A stretch of DNA of 64,000 nt from Wickerhamiella versatilis. Lineage: Eukaryota. Where the stretch lies: positions 496,001 to 560,000 of the forward strand of contig JAQOWU010000001.1 in assembly GCA_030867685.1 (NCBI GenBank), in the 5' to 3' direction. This document shows positions 31,136 to 42,133 of the stretch, in pieces; positions within the stretch are counted from its first letter, which is position 1; every line of letters begins with the position of its first letter. Both the position numbers and the translations under genes were made by a program. The notes beneath the pieces were generated by a model. That model did not search any database. It was not told where the DNA came from and was given only the letters and a program-made list of their open reading frames with translations.

Positions 31136-31600
31136 ATGATCCGATTGGGCACCAGGTTCGTGCGCCCATTCAGCTCTGCACGGGTACTCCGAAGAGGAGC
31201 CGAGATCTCCATAAAGGAGGAAACTGACGTTGAGCCCGATGCTGCCAAAATGTCTCAACAACCTGAGGAACTCACGAGGAGAATAGTGCGCATATACAAG
31301 GAAGCACCATCAGCAACGCAGTCTGGAAGGCATCACCAGGTTGGTTGGAATATTGACTGGGACATCGTCCCTAACGCCCATCGGTGGGAGGACCATACTA
31401 TCGGATACGAATCTAGCGGTGACTATATGCAAGCGACTCAAGTAAAGTTCCGCGAGAAGGAAGATGCCATCCGTTTCGCAACAAACCAGGGCTGGGACTT
31501 TTTCGTACAAGAGCCGAATTATCGCCGGTTTAAGCCTAAGTCCTACGCTGACAATTTCTTGCACTCTCCAGGGAAACTTAAGAATATTATGACAAAGTAG
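31136..31600 (+). CDS. NDUFS4: Complex I accessory subunit NDUFS4 (NUYM)
   Basis: RIVRIYK...ATQSG, SSGDYMQ, EDAIRFA..QGW and KSYADNF. Confidence 0.92.
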   Translation: MIRLGTRFVRPFSSARVLRRGAEISIKEETDVEPDAAKMSQQPEELTRRIVRIYKEAPSATQSGRHHQVGWNIDWDIVPNAHRWEDHTIGYESSGDYMQATQVKFREKEDAIRFATNQGWDFFVQEPNYRRFKPKSYADNFLHSPGKLKNIMTK

Positions 31601-31785
31601 ATCATAAAATTTGACATACTTATCTATTATGGAGTGCTTCATAATAATTAGAGGACACAGGAACCTAGAGAACTAGCCTACGCTTGCAGTCGATTCTTGA
31701 CTGTATGTGTTCAATGGTGTAATGGTTCGGCAAGGAAGAGGGTTGTACACACCTATGGCAACACAAAACACGTCTTTGTCATGAT

Positions 31786-34374
31786 ATGCGACTGAGTTTG
31801 TTCAGATGGGCTCAACGTGCAACAAAAGTACATAAAGGGAAGCTTGCGGAGCTTGGTGCGCATACTTTTCCTTCCCGTGCGCCTTTAGGACCTGCTAAGG
31901 AAACCCCCTCCACGATGTTAGGATATATCTGGGACGTCATGCAACAACATCCCCAGTCAGTTGTTCTTGCACAGGTAGGATCATTTTATGAATTGCATTT
32001 TAATCAGGCAGTGGAGTGGGGTCCCCCTTTGAATCTCAAGGTCGCGCGTAAGAGGCAACAATGTCCTGTGTCAAATGCCCCCTTCGTCAACATGGCGGGT
32101 TTCCCGGTACCTCAGCTAGAAAGATTTGTCCGACAGCTAATTGAAAACCATAATAAGACTGTAGTACTACTGGAGCAAGACCAGAAGGCTATAGCAGATG
32201 GCAGCATCGAATCGGCTAAGCGTCCAATGACGCGAATCGTCACTCCCGGAACGCTTATTGCAGAGTCATTCATGAATAGTCAAACTAATAATTGGCTCGT
32301 TTCGTTACAGCCGGCTCCACATACCCGTCCCACAAGTGAGATAGGTCTTGTTTGGGTCGATATCGCAGGGGGTGGACAAGTCCGCTTCCAGTCAACAACC
32401 TGGAACGATATTGACAGTGATATTGCTCGAATTTCTCCCGCAGAAATTCTGCTGGAAGATGGGAGAATAGCTGATCAGATTGGTGAAAACCATGCCTTTG
32501 TCAATGTGCGACGGTTCCCACCAAGGGAGAGTATCGACTACGAGCGCTGGTTTTGTGACCCTCCAGAAGCAGTTCGCTACATAGTCGACCATCATATGTC
32601 AGAGCGGACCCAAAAAGCATTTGCTGCGGTCTTGGACCATATATCAGAAACGCATCCGGGTTCACACATCCAATTAGGCCTACCGAGGCAATATAATCCT
32701 GACGAGGTCATGCAGCTAGATGCCAGGGCCCGTGATGCATTGGAACTTAGCGAAGTAGGATCCGGGAGTGCGAAAGGATCACTACTCAGTACTTTACGCC
32801 GAACTGTGACCCAGCCGGGGGCTCGCCTGCTGCACCAGTGGCTATCTGAGCCGTTACGCCATCATGCAGGTATAATGAGTCGACAGGAAAAAGTCCAGCG
32901 ATTCTTGGATGACTCCGCTAAACGTGACAATGTGAGAGCGTTGTTAAGTGGCCAACCCGATGGCCCACGGTTACTTCAAAAGCTGGGAGCCCGTAAGCTC
33001 GAGCCTTTGGATCTTGTCGCCATTGCTCAATCTATCGAAAATGCGGCAGAATTGAGGCAGCACTTATCTGAGTTCGAAGAGTGGGCTGCTACTTTGGATT
33101 GCCTTACATCCGCTGCTTCGAAAACTGCTGGGAAAATTCTACGTGCTATAGATTTCGATCAGATACTGAGAGGGCCGGACGATTCCGACGAGCCAAATGA
33201 TCTTCTTGTCGAGAAAGGTGACGAATTGAAGTACATACCTATTCTGAGACCAGCCACATCCAAGCGGCTGCGGGATTTGTGGTCTTCACAAGCGAGCTTT
33301 TCCGATCGCCGGGCTGCTATCGCAAAAAGATTGTCAGAGGAAGTGGGAGCTAATCTAACGCTACGATGGAGTGCGCAGTATGGGTACCATGCTCATATCA
33401 AATCACCCTCGCCAGCTGTGGATCACAAGTTTGAGGTCCTAAGTCGCTCTAAAAAGACTGCAAATATTATAGACAGGGAATGGAGACAGCTCGGCCACGA
33501 ACGTGACGAATTCGGGGAGCTTCTCCGACGCGAGGAAGCAAGAATTTTAGAAAAACTACGTTCCGAGTTGATTCAACACTCCCGTGAACTCCGAAACGCC
33601 TATGAGGTTCTGGCCAGTATTGATGCGCACCTGAGCTTGGCAGTACTGGCCATCGAGAAAAATCTGGTGAAGCCAGAGATTGTGGAAGCTCCAATATTGG
33701 ATATAAAAGGCGGGCGCCATATATCTGTAGAAATGGGACGCGCACTAGGGGGGCACTCGTTCACTGTGAATGACTGCGAACTGACATTAGATCGACCAGT
33801 TTGCATGGTCACAGGTCCTAATATGGGAGGAAAGTCAACCTTCATTAGGCAAGGTGCCGTAATCGCCCTTCTTGCCCACATTGGATGTTGGGTGCCGGCC
33901 AACTCCGCGGTCATTGGACTAGTAGATCGTATTTTTTGTCGTATTGGTGCAGGAGACGACCTTTATAGAGGGAGAAGCACATTTATGATGGAAATGCTGG
34001 AGACTTCCACCATATTAGGCAGTGCGAGCCGTCATTCACTCGCCATCTTGGACGAGGTGGGCCGTGGAACGGCTCCACTTGACGGCCTCGCCCTTGCATA
34101 CGCCACGATCCAGCATTTATCCGAGAGAAACCATTGTCGGACGCTTTTCGCGACCCACTTTGGCCCTGAAATTGCATCTGCCTTGGGCGGGAAACATATA
34201 TCATACCTAAAAGCTACGGTGGATGTCGCCGGTGACGACGTTCATTTTAATTACAAATTAAAGCCTGGGGTAGCAACGGACTCCCATGGACTTATGGTGG
34301 CTAAAATGGCAGGTTTTCCGAAAAGAGCCTTGGACAATGCCTGGAAATATGTACAAGGTGTAACGATCCAGTAA
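31786..34374 (+). CDS. MSH1: Mitochondrial MutS homologue
   Basis: QVGSFYEL, MAGFP, Walker A TGPNMGGKST, STFMMEM and DEVGRGT. Confidence 0.92.
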   Translation: MRLSLFRWAQRATKVHKGKLAELGAHTFPSRAPLGPAKETPSTMLGYIWDVMQQHPQSVVLAQVGSFYELHFNQAVEWGPPLNLKVARKRQQCPVSNAPFVNMAGFPVPQLERFVRQLIENHNKTVVLLEQDQKAIADGSIESAKRPMTRIVTPGTLIAESFMNSQTNNWLVSLQPAPHTRPTSEIGLVWVDIAGGGQVRFQSTTWNDIDSDIARISPAEILLEDGRIADQIGENHAFVNVRRFPPRESIDYERWFCDPPEAVRYIVDHHMSERTQKAFAAVLDHISETHPGSHIQLGLPRQYNPDEVMQLDARARDALELSEVGSGSAKGSLLSTLRRTVTQPGARLLHQWLSEPLRHHAGIMSRQEKVQRFLDDSAKRDNVRALLSGQPDGPRLLQKLGARKLEPLDLVAIAQSIENAAELRQHLSEFEEWAATLDCLTSAASKTAGKILRAIDFDQILRGPDDSDEPNDLLVEKGDELKYIPILRPATSKRLRDLWSSQASFSDRRAAIAKRLSEEVGANLTLRWSAQYGYHAHIKSPSPAVDHKFEVLSRSKKTANIIDREWRQLGHERDEFGELLRREEARILEKLRSELIQHSRELRNAYEVLASIDAHLSLAVLAIEKNLVKPEIVEAPILDIKGGRHISVEMGRALGGHSFTVNDCELTLDRPVCMVTGPNMGGKSTFIRQGAVIALLAHIGCWVPANSAVIGLVDRIFCRIGAGDDLYRGRSTFMMEMLETSTILGSASRHSLAILDEVGRGTAPLDGLALAYATIQHLSERNHCRTLFATHFGPEIASALGGKHISYLKATVDVAGDDVHFNYKLKPGVATDSHGLMVAKMAGFPKRALDNAWKYVQGVTIQ

Positions 34375-34425
34375 TGAGCGGGGGAGAATGATCAGCCCTT
34401 TGTAAGCAGAATATTATTGTTCACA

Positions 34426-35259
34426 ATGCAGTCCCTTCCTGAAATCCCTCCTGTGGCGGTACTGTCACCCTTTGTTGTGCGTATACTAGGTGACAATCCC
34501 AGTAGTTTCAGGTTACAAGGTAGCAATACCTATCTTGTAGGGGCACCGGGCCAGTCTGAGCGAGTACTTATTGACACCAGTGAGGGGGAAGCTAAATATC
34601 TTTCCGTCCTGAGCCAGTACCTTGCATTAACAGGAATTAAAATTATTGGCATGATATGCACTCACCACCATATTGATCACATTGGTGGTGTGAATGCGAT
34701 TCGCAAGACACTGGGGTATCCGATACCCGTATACAAAGTCCCCCACCCGTCTGATTCGTTTGAACCGACGCCTATTTCGGATGGCGACACTCTAGAACTT
34801 GCAGGAGTCCAATTGCATGTACTTTTCACACCAGGCCACGCAGTGGACCACGTATGCATATTTCTACCTAGTGACAATAATGCATTGTTCAGCGGAGACA
34901 ATGTGTTAGGCCATGGGTCAACATATTTTAATGATTATGCCGCATATATGAAGAGTCTTAAGAAAATGCAGGGAACGCCCCAACTAGGACGAATCTATCC
35001 TGGACATGGGCAGCTACTACTAGATGGTCCCAGAGCAATCCAAGGGTATATTTTACACCGTGAGCAGCGGGAGAAGCAGCTACTCAAAACACTGCAGGTG
35101 GACACAATGATGACGCCAAAAGAAATTACATATGCAATGTATCCAGGCATCCCCAGTGAAACATTCTCTGCGGCTGAGAGACTGGTGCAACAATACCTAG
35201 AAAAGCTACTGTCCGAGGGAATAATAAGGCAAGCGTCGTCGCGTTACGCGCGACTATGA
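34426..35259 (+). CDS. Metallo-beta-lactamase fold hydrolase, LACTB2-like
   Basis: LQGSNTYLVG, THHHIDH, TPGH, SGDNVLG and YPGHG, with a winged-helix-like tail. Confidence 0.85.
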   Translation: MQSLPEIPPVAVLSPFVVRILGDNPSSFRLQGSNTYLVGAPGQSERVLIDTSEGEAKYLSVLSQYLALTGIKIIGMICTHHHIDHIGGVNAIRKTLGYPIPVYKVPHPSDSFEPTPISDGDTLELAGVQLHVLFTPGHAVDHVCIFLPSDNNALFSGDNVLGHGSTYFNDYAAYMKSLKKMQGTPQLGRIYPGHGQLLLDGPRAIQGYILHREQREKQLLKTLQVDTMMTPKEITYAMYPGIPSETFSAAERLVQQYLEKLLSEGIIRQASSRYARL

Positions 35260-35264
35260 CTGGC

Positions 35265-35600
35265 TTACTGAGGTCCGCCACCCCCCAGGGCTCGAGGCCT
35301 TTTGAATAAGAGAATGTGCGGCTCAGGTTTGTGGGTCTCGTAGTGGACCCAGCCAAGGCTCTGAGTGATACCAAGGCCTCTCCACTCCTCCTCGTGTAGA
35401 ATGCGCAATTCTCCTGTGCTTGGATTAAAGTAATCTTTGGGTATGACCTTGAGCATGTTCTTTGGCAAAATAACGTGACGGTATTCATATAGATCATCGT
35501 GGTACCGCTGGCTATAGTGTATGTGATCCTGAAACTCCTCAAGACGTGCACGCTCTGCAACGGTCAACAGTCGCGGCTGTCCCTGCGGATTCTGAGCCAT
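35265..35600 (-). CDS. CKS1: Cyclin-dependent kinase regulatory subunit
   Basis: [10 protein letters not shown] and [33 protein letters not shown]. Confidence 0.97.
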   Translation of the reverse strand: MAQNPQGQPRLLTVAERARLEEFQDHIHYSQRYHDDLYEYRHVILPKNMLKVIPKDYFNPSTGELRILHEEEWRGLGITQSLGWVHYETHKPEPHILLFKRPRALGGGGPQ

Positions 35601-36054
35601 CACCTTATGGGGGGTTCTTTCGTGACTGTGGGAAAGATATTTGTCAGTCTTCCTATAGAAATCGGTTCAATGCTTCGTACCCCAACCCTACCTAGGATCC
35701 GGTCTTGAGGGTGGCCTCTAGCTTACGTATGTAGATCTGTCATGGTCGAATTGATAGCATTTAACATAAAACAAGCACTGATATCTTGACTTGTGGATGG
35801 CCAAAGATGAAATACAGAGGTAAAAAGTTGACTTATTTCAAGTTATATTTTTCTCAACCTGTGAATTGGCAATATTCCTGGTTGGAGCACGGTTACACCT
35901 AAACCTACTGTCTCACCTAGATCAATAAATTAATTACGAGCGAAAAAGCTGGGTTTCAGCTGCATTGGGTTGATTTTTCGCGGTGGAGGGCCGGCATGAT
36001 GCGATACGCGTCACGTCGAGGGTTTTGTTTTCATCGCTGACAATTCCGATTTGC

Positions 36055-37968
36055 ATGGAGGAGAACGAGATCCCCGCCTTCTACATAGGCATAAATCTTC
36101 CAGCCAAGGGAGGGGTCTCGAACTCTGAAGTTGTAGATACAGCACTAGACCAAGGATATGACTTTGTTACCTCGCGGCTGACCTCGAGAGCGTACCGTAA
36201 AAGAGTGCAGGAACTTTACCAGGGTCACGACCACTCTTCACTCTCGACGGACTCTTCGGCAAGGAATGGGCAAATACTGAGAGTGCCCTTAAGCAGTGTT
36301 CCATGCGCAGATCCGCCTGCGTCCGCTGCAGATATCGCCATTCATCCAGGACCGCATGTATCAAACACCGTTGGTCTTGCGGCCCCCTGGATCGAATTGG
36401 ATGCCAAGGATGATACGCTTGCCACAGTGTCGGAGCAGGTACTATCGCATGAGCTACAGCACGCCAGTTATTGCGGTTTACCCTATGTTATTGTCGAGGG
36501 CCCTCGCCGTCGAACGTATGTCGGCCGTTATGCACATTCGTTGCGGAAGCTGTTGGCCAGACATCCAGATATGAACATTATATTGCATACCACATTTACG
36601 GAAGAATTTCGTGATGGTAAACCACCAGGAGAACTACTGAGTACCTGGGAGGTGTGGGACGCGGTGCGCTCACTTTGTGGTTACCCTGCGAACCTTGGGG
36701 TAGCTCTCGAGCTAGGGCCACATCCAATACCAGATAGAGTGATTCGACGGTGGCTAAGTGAGCCGGTTGCACTCCTCATTCTTTCAGGCAACTCGTGCTT
36801 CGTGCCAAACTCCAAGAATTATCCGGTGCTTCCCAGACACACCCAGCAAATATTGGCTCAATGCTCCCAATTTAGAATACGGCCCTTCCTTTTGGTCAAG
36901 GATACTGAGGACTCGGAGCCGCTAGTGTATTTGCGATACCTTTGCTCCAAAATAAACAGCGGGGCTAATCAGTACGCAGATCTGTTGCAGAAACCTTTGC
37001 AGCCGCTTACTGAAAATCTTCGAAGCACAGTATACGAAACATTTGAAGCTGACAAGCCGAAATATGAGCTCTATTCACAGGCTATAGCGGCTGCTCTTGC
37101 GGAACTATCTTGGGTAGGCACGCTGGTCATAATGATTGCTGGAGCTGGGCAGGGGCCCCTGGTGTCGCAAACGCTAAATTGTCTTGACGGTCGCGATACT
37201 GTAGTCTACGCCATCGAGAAAAATTCCGGTGCAGCTGCTTATCTCTCGTCAACCATCACTGATCCTCGTGTCAACGTGGTATGTGCAGACGTTAGATCTT
37301 GGACACCGCCACATCGCGCACACCTTATTATATCTGAGCTTTTAGGCTCGTGGGGAGACAATGAGTTAAGTCCTGAGTGTTTGGAGCCATTCGTTCAAAC
37401 AGCCCTTGAACCTTCCGGCAAAGTAATCCCCCAATCTTATACTGCATATGCCGCACCCATACAATGCCCTATTCAGTGGGCAATGGCAAGGAAAGCTGAT
37501 GGATTGGAACGGCCGTGGGTGGTTGATTTTCACCAGGCAGACATGCTTGCCGATCCCCAACCATTATGGCAGTTTATGCATCCGTCACCGTCATCCTCGA
37601 CCGTACGAACTCGATATGCGAAGGCTTGTTTTGAATTGCCACATAATGAGCGCTGTAGGGTTTATGGGTTTGTAGGTTATTTCGAGAGCGAGCTCTACGG
37701 TGGTATCACCGTCAGTACTTTACCATCACGTCATACCCCTCATATGCATTCCTGGTTTCCGCTTTGGCTGCCCCTCTCCACTCCCCTTGACTGCCCAAGG
37801 GGTGCTGAGGTCGATTTCAGCGTGTGGAGAGATGCCAATAATGATGCGGTTTGGTACGAGTGGTCTGCTGAGACCTTCACAAAAACCAGAGAAGCTTATC
37901 GTGCTCGTCTGGGTGCTTCTAATATACATAATGCCGATGCATCGCATTTCTGCATGAAACTCAAGTAG
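36055..37968 (+). CDS. HSL7: PRMT5-family arginine methyltransferase
   Basis: LQKPLQPLTENL..VYETFEAD..KY, GAGQGPL, ISELLGSWGDNELSPECL and MHSWFP. Start is ATG36055. Confidence 0.9.
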   Translation: MEENEIPAFYIGINLPAKGGVSNSEVVDTALDQGYDFVTSRLTSRAYRKRVQELYQGHDHSSLSTDSSARNGQILRVPLSSVPCADPPASAADIAIHPGPHVSNTVGLAAPWIELDAKDDTLATVSEQVLSHELQHASYCGLPYVIVEGPRRRTYVGRYAHSLRKLLARHPDMNIILHTTFTEEFRDGKPPGELLSTWEVWDAVRSLCGYPANLGVALELGPHPIPDRVIRRWLSEPVALLILSGNSCFVPNSKNYPVLPRHTQQILAQCSQFRIRPFLLVKDTEDSEPLVYLRYLCSKINSGANQYADLLQKPLQPLTENLRSTVYETFEADKPKYELYSQAIAAALAELSWVGTLVIMIAGAGQGPLVSQTLNCLDGRDTVVYAIEKNSGAAAYLSSTITDPRVNVVCADVRSWTPPHRAHLIISELLGSWGDNELSPECLEPFVQTALEPSGKVIPQSYTAYAAPIQCPIQWAMARKADGLERPWVVDFHQADMLADPQPLWQFMHPSPSSSTVRTRYAKACFELPHNERCRVYGFVGYFESELYGGITVSTLPSRHTPHMHSWFPLWLPLSTPLDCPRGAEVDFSVWRDANNDAVWYEWSAETFTKTREAYRARLGASNIHNADASHFCMKLK

Positions 37969-38097
37969 AAAATTAAACTTTTTATTCTGTCATATATACA
38001 TTCAATTTATGAAACTGGCAAAGGATTCAAATATCTTTTTGTTTACTCTACATTTAGCACAATATATATTTACCGTTTTCATCATCAACATAGAAAA

Positions 38098-38168
38098 GCA
38101 TTGGTGGTTTAGTGGTAAAATTGGTCGTTGCCATCGACTAGCCCCCGGTTCGATTCCGGGTCAATGCA
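38098..38168 (+). tRNA. tRNA-Gly (GCC)
   Basis: 71-nt cloverleaf. Acceptor stem GCATTGG/TCAATGC, anticodon loop TTGCCAT, T-loop GGTTCGATTCC, and a T-rich terminator downstream. Confidence 0.96.
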
Positions 38169-38296
38169 TTTCCGATTTCATTTTTGTTTTTATTTAATTT
38201 TTTTCTTCTTTTAACTTATAACTTCACAAGCTTTTTGACACAACAGGCTACTGAGCTATTCACACAGCAAAGTTTCATAACTATACATAATTAAGT

Positions 38297-38941
38297 TTAG
38301 CGGCTAAGCGATCGTAGAACATTCAACGTTGATATCGCGTTGAACTGCAGCCATTGAGCCGTACTATCTCCGGCATACTCCAAATTACCCCAACTATCTA
38401 CCAACTTTTCTGCAAGTGCAAGTGTGTCACGGAAACGTCTTGACTTATCCCTCGCCATGAAAGATTCACTGGCAGCATAAATTCCAGCAAGTGAGCCCCG
38501 TCTGGTATACCACGTAGTATCAGTGCTACGATCACCCGCAAGGTACCATATTTCATCAGACAGCGCATTTAACGGTTTAAGCGAGCCAGGCAGACCACAA
38601 GCCATTATCTTTGTGGCTTCGCCCAGCTGAGATCCCAATTTTTCATTTGCCAGCAATCGAGAATGTAGAAGTTCCTTAACGCGAGACGTAGGATCCAATG
38701 CCTTTAATTCAACATCTTTTAGCGATTGTAATTCACGCGAATAATTGTGCTCGACAAGAGCCCGGGCTGCTCCCTGGGGGAATATGCTGACCACCTGATC
38801 CGAGAGCCCAAGATGCCGTGTGGCCTCGGTAACTGAATCCTTCCACCCTAATCGTGGGACGAAAGGTAGTGCCACATCAAGTATGTCCGTGACCTGGCGC
38901 GTAGCGTAACCTCGACAAAAACCTCGACGCAATAATGACAT
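38297..38941 (-). CDS. COQ9: Ubiquinone biosynthesis protein
   Basis: FVPRLGW and LSDEIWYLAGDRSTDTTWYTRR..LAGIYAASE. Confidence 0.9.
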   Translation of the reverse strand: MSLLRRGFCRGYATRQVTDILDVALPFVPRLGWKDSVTEATRHLGLSDQVVSIFPQGAARALVEHNYSRELQSLKDVELKALDPTSRVKELLHSRLLANEKLGSQLGEATKIMACGLPGSLKPLNALSDEIWYLAGDRSTDTTWYTRRGSLAGIYAASESFMARDKSRRFRDTLALAEKLVDSWGNLEYAGDSTAQWLQFNAISTLNVLRSLSR

Positions 38942-38973
38942 GACGTAAGACTCCGCATTTCGAACCTCAGACT

Positions 38974-40107
38974 ATGGACGGTGCTCTCTCCCGAAACAAC
39001 ACCCGTCGGTCACAGTACGCATTGGTTCTCGTTATGAACCCCATGAATGGGACATTTGATAAAAAAAACTTGTTCCTCCCGTTCAAACCAGAAGTCCTCA
39101 AGCTCGGCCGCCAAACATCTCCTAAGCTTGTGGCTGCCTCGAATAATGGTCTTTTTGACTCACGCGTGCTATCGCGGCAGCATGCAGAAATATGGGCTGA
39201 CAGGGATACCGGAAATGTGTGGATCAAAGATTGCAAGAGCTCCAACGGCACCTACGTTAATAGGCGACGACTTAGTGGCGAGAATACCGAAAGTGATCCT
39301 TTCCCGCTTAAGCAGGGGGATATCCTTGAACTAGGCGTGGACATTTCTACCGAAGAGAGTTCTACACTGGTTTATCGCAAGATTTCCGCCCGTATTGAAA
39401 AGATTTCTTTTGTATCCCTCACCGCAAAACAGATTGAGCAGCAGCGCACGCAGCCAAAGCCAGCATCGTTGCCATCTATAACAACGAGGGCTGCCCAGAA
39501 GACAGAAACAAGTCTACAAAATGCGGTGTTTGGGACGGCGTTGGAGACTTTGGTGATGCCATACCTTTCCAGTACATCTAACACTACAGGACTAGCCATG
39601 AAAGAAGAAATGCGCTCACAATTGAATTTTGAACTGGCCGCAAAAATACTAGTGAGCCAAATCCGAGCTGTCTATGTTGATACTGCGAGGATTCAGAGTG
39701 TACGAACGATGCTGGAGGCTATGCGCGCTGGAAGTGGTGCTTCTCGAGATGAGGAAACTATAGAAAAACTCAAGGAGGAGAACGATTTATTGAGAGCCGA
39801 AATTATGCAGCTTCGAGATGCGCCCAGTCAAGCCGTTGTTCCAACAGCTGTTACCCCGTTAGCAGGTCCACAACGACAACACACACGCCAAACGTCTGAA
39901 AATCAAATGCTGAGGCAGCTCAGAAGACCGCGACGCGAGAAGGTGCTCCGTCCCTCGGAGATCAATAACCTTGTGCTTTTAGTTGTAACCACTTTGCTTA
40001 TGACGACGACGGGAGTCTTCATTATGTACTTCTTCAATCCACCTGTATGGCAAGCAGAGTGGCTAGCAGATGCGACTGGCTGGACCAGTCCGAAACTTGC
40101 ATTTTAA
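38974..40107 (+). CDS. FHA-domain tail-anchored STRIPAK/Far complex protein (Vps64/Far10-like)
   Basis: LKLGRQT...FDSRVLSRQHAEIW...DCKSSNGTYVN, then a coiled coil and a C-terminal TM segment. Confidence 0.85.
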   Translation: MDGALSRNNTRRSQYALVLVMNPMNGTFDKKNLFLPFKPEVLKLGRQTSPKLVAASNNGLFDSRVLSRQHAEIWADRDTGNVWIKDCKSSNGTYVNRRRLSGENTESDPFPLKQGDILELGVDISTEESSTLVYRKISARIEKISFVSLTAKQIEQQRTQPKPASLPSITTRAAQKTETSLQNAVFGTALETLVMPYLSSTSNTTGLAMKEEMRSQLNFELAAKILVSQIRAVYVDTARIQSVRTMLEAMRAGSGASRDEETIEKLKEENDLLRAEIMQLRDAPSQAVVPTAVTPLAGPQRQHTRQTSENQMLRQLRRPRREKVLRPSEINNLVLLVVTTLLMTTTGVFIMYFFNPPVWQAEWLADATGWTSPKLAF

Positions 40108-40546
40108 GGGCGACAGGGCCTATATCTAAGGCTTTGTTTGCATAAAGGTCATCATGGCCAGTGGATAATAGCAAGATGTCTATCTTTTTCTGATTGGTCT
40201 TGGCCAGAACATATGGACATTTTAAAAGTTACTTTAATAATGCTAATTTAATCATGATATCTGAATTAAGTCAAGCTGTATATCTAAATGGTATACAAAG
40301 TATTACTAGATTACAGCCTTCTATTATGCTTTACCGGGCCATTAGTGCTTCATTGTTTAGGTCCTTACGAAAATTTGACATAGAGTCTTTTTTTTTGTGA
40401 TATCCTGATGGCTAGGCGGGTCCGGGCCAGCACAGAAAGCACAAGCATGCGTATGACATGAAACATAAAAATGTGGCCATATGACCTTTCATTTTCATAA
40501 TACTTTTACTAGGAGAGCGCGAACGTTAGGCCAAGATTCCATACAA

Positions 40547-41170
40547 TTAGAAATTTTCGAAGGTTTCACAGGCAGCTAGCAAGGCGTCAAGTCGAGCTAA
40601 GCATAGTGATATCTCATAGGAAACCTTTACGTGTCGCAATATACGATATACTCGTAGAAACAGAACAGTAGAAAGACCAAAATGGGCATCAACATACACA
40701 GCTGCATTTCTTGCGAGAGAGGGTCCCACACTGTTGGCAACAGTATCGCTTAAGTCAAGATACGACATGGTGTCCCCATTTAACAAGCGCCACATAACAT
40801 CGCTAAGGACTCTACGAGTCTCAGCAGGCTGCAATTCCGTAGCTAGATACGAAAGATCTAGGGCCAACTCATCAGGCGGCATGGCTGTTTCCCGAGAATA
40901 AATGGGTACTGGAGACTCGACAACCTTTGGATCTGTATCGTAGATCTCATGAACAGCTATGACTTCATCAAGAGAATCTGCACTGAGATGTACATCGTTA
41001 TATGCTCCCGTCTGCTGAAGCAATAGGAATTCATTCTCCGGAAGGATTCCCCGGAATGCCTCAAGCTCGGCAGTAGACTCACCGGGAACTAAACCACCAA
41101 GCTCGAGAAGCTGTGAAGCACGCTCACTTGCCTTATGAAGACTTTTTTTAGCTTTCGACCCACGAGCCAT
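40547..41170 (-). CDS. Hypothetical protein (207 aa)
   Basis: ATG-initiated ORF that overlaps no other gene. No family recognised. Confidence 0.6.
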   Translation of the reverse strand: MARGSKAKKSLHKASERASQLLELGGLVPGESTAELEAFRGILPENEFLLLQQTGAYNDVHLSADSLDEVIAVHEIYDTDPKVVESPVPIYSRETAMPPDELALDLSYLATELQPAETRRVLSDVMWRLLNGDTMSYLDLSDTVANSVGPSLARNAAVYVDAHFGLSTVLFLRVYRILRHVKVSYEISLCLARLDALLAACETFENF

Positions 41171-42133
41171 CTTTACATGTTTTTGATTTTGGTTTAGCTT
41201 TTTGTGGTCACCACCTCCTCAATGAACAAGTCGGGAGCTGCAGTCCGTAGATCTATAAATCCTTGATTAATAAGAGTTTAAATCTCATATAAATCGAGGA
41301 AAATAAATACCTCGAGAATTCATGCTGAGTTACGACACGGGCCAATAGAAATGATTGTAAAGACAACCTGAAAAGTCCTAAAAATAATTGAGATCCAAAA
41401 ATATTCGACTAGCGGAGGGTATTGACATAAGATTAAGATCGTATGCATGACGAAAAAGTCTATAGTCTAAAGCCTGAGGCTTAAGTACTAAATGCTCAGA
41501 AGGTCTGTTGAAAACTCAACCGCTAATTGCTTATGCAAATAAGTAGATTAAGTCGGGTGGAGAAAAGGCTGCGACTATTTACTGCAAACAATTCGCGATG
41601 GCCCCGAGGGTAAGCTAAGCAGGATTAAATCCAACATGCCTCGATGGCCGAATAGTGAATTCACCTGGCACTTATTTGGATGTATCAGATGTAGAGCCTG
41701 AATTACACATGAAGCTACCTTTACTTTTGCTGATTTTTATCGACACTATAATGGAAAATGGTAAGCTCTTTTGATATGCCAATGGAAATGCTTGGGCCTA
41801 ATATTACAATTCTTTAATTCTCATGTGATTTTACACCACTGTGCCAGTTTATTTTGCACTCAAGTAATCTTTACCTTCATCATAAGTGTCTTGTGGGGTA
41901 GTTATTTATAGGATAGGGAATGTCTTATGAATGGAATTTATTTGACAATTATAACATAACCTCATGTTAGTACAGCAAATCCAGGCCTTTTTATTATCTA
42001 GCGCTGCAGTATCATTCTCAAGGAACTAACCAGAAGTTGGTGGGTGTTGAGGGCCAGTGTCTCACAACTGACTAATCAATACATATTTCATCGTATTAAC
42101 TGAGATTTCAGATCCGAGATACAGAACGTGCTG

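Noticed and set aside
38009-38197. 62-aa ORF
   Set aside because: It overlaps the tRNA-Gly gene and AT-rich flanks, so it is spurious.
41761-42124. Possible intron (GTAAGC ... ACTAAC-CAG) upstream of ECM3 copy 1
   Set aside because: Splicing to the best acceptor gives in-frame stops, and the gene is complete from ATG42134 by comparison with its paralogue.
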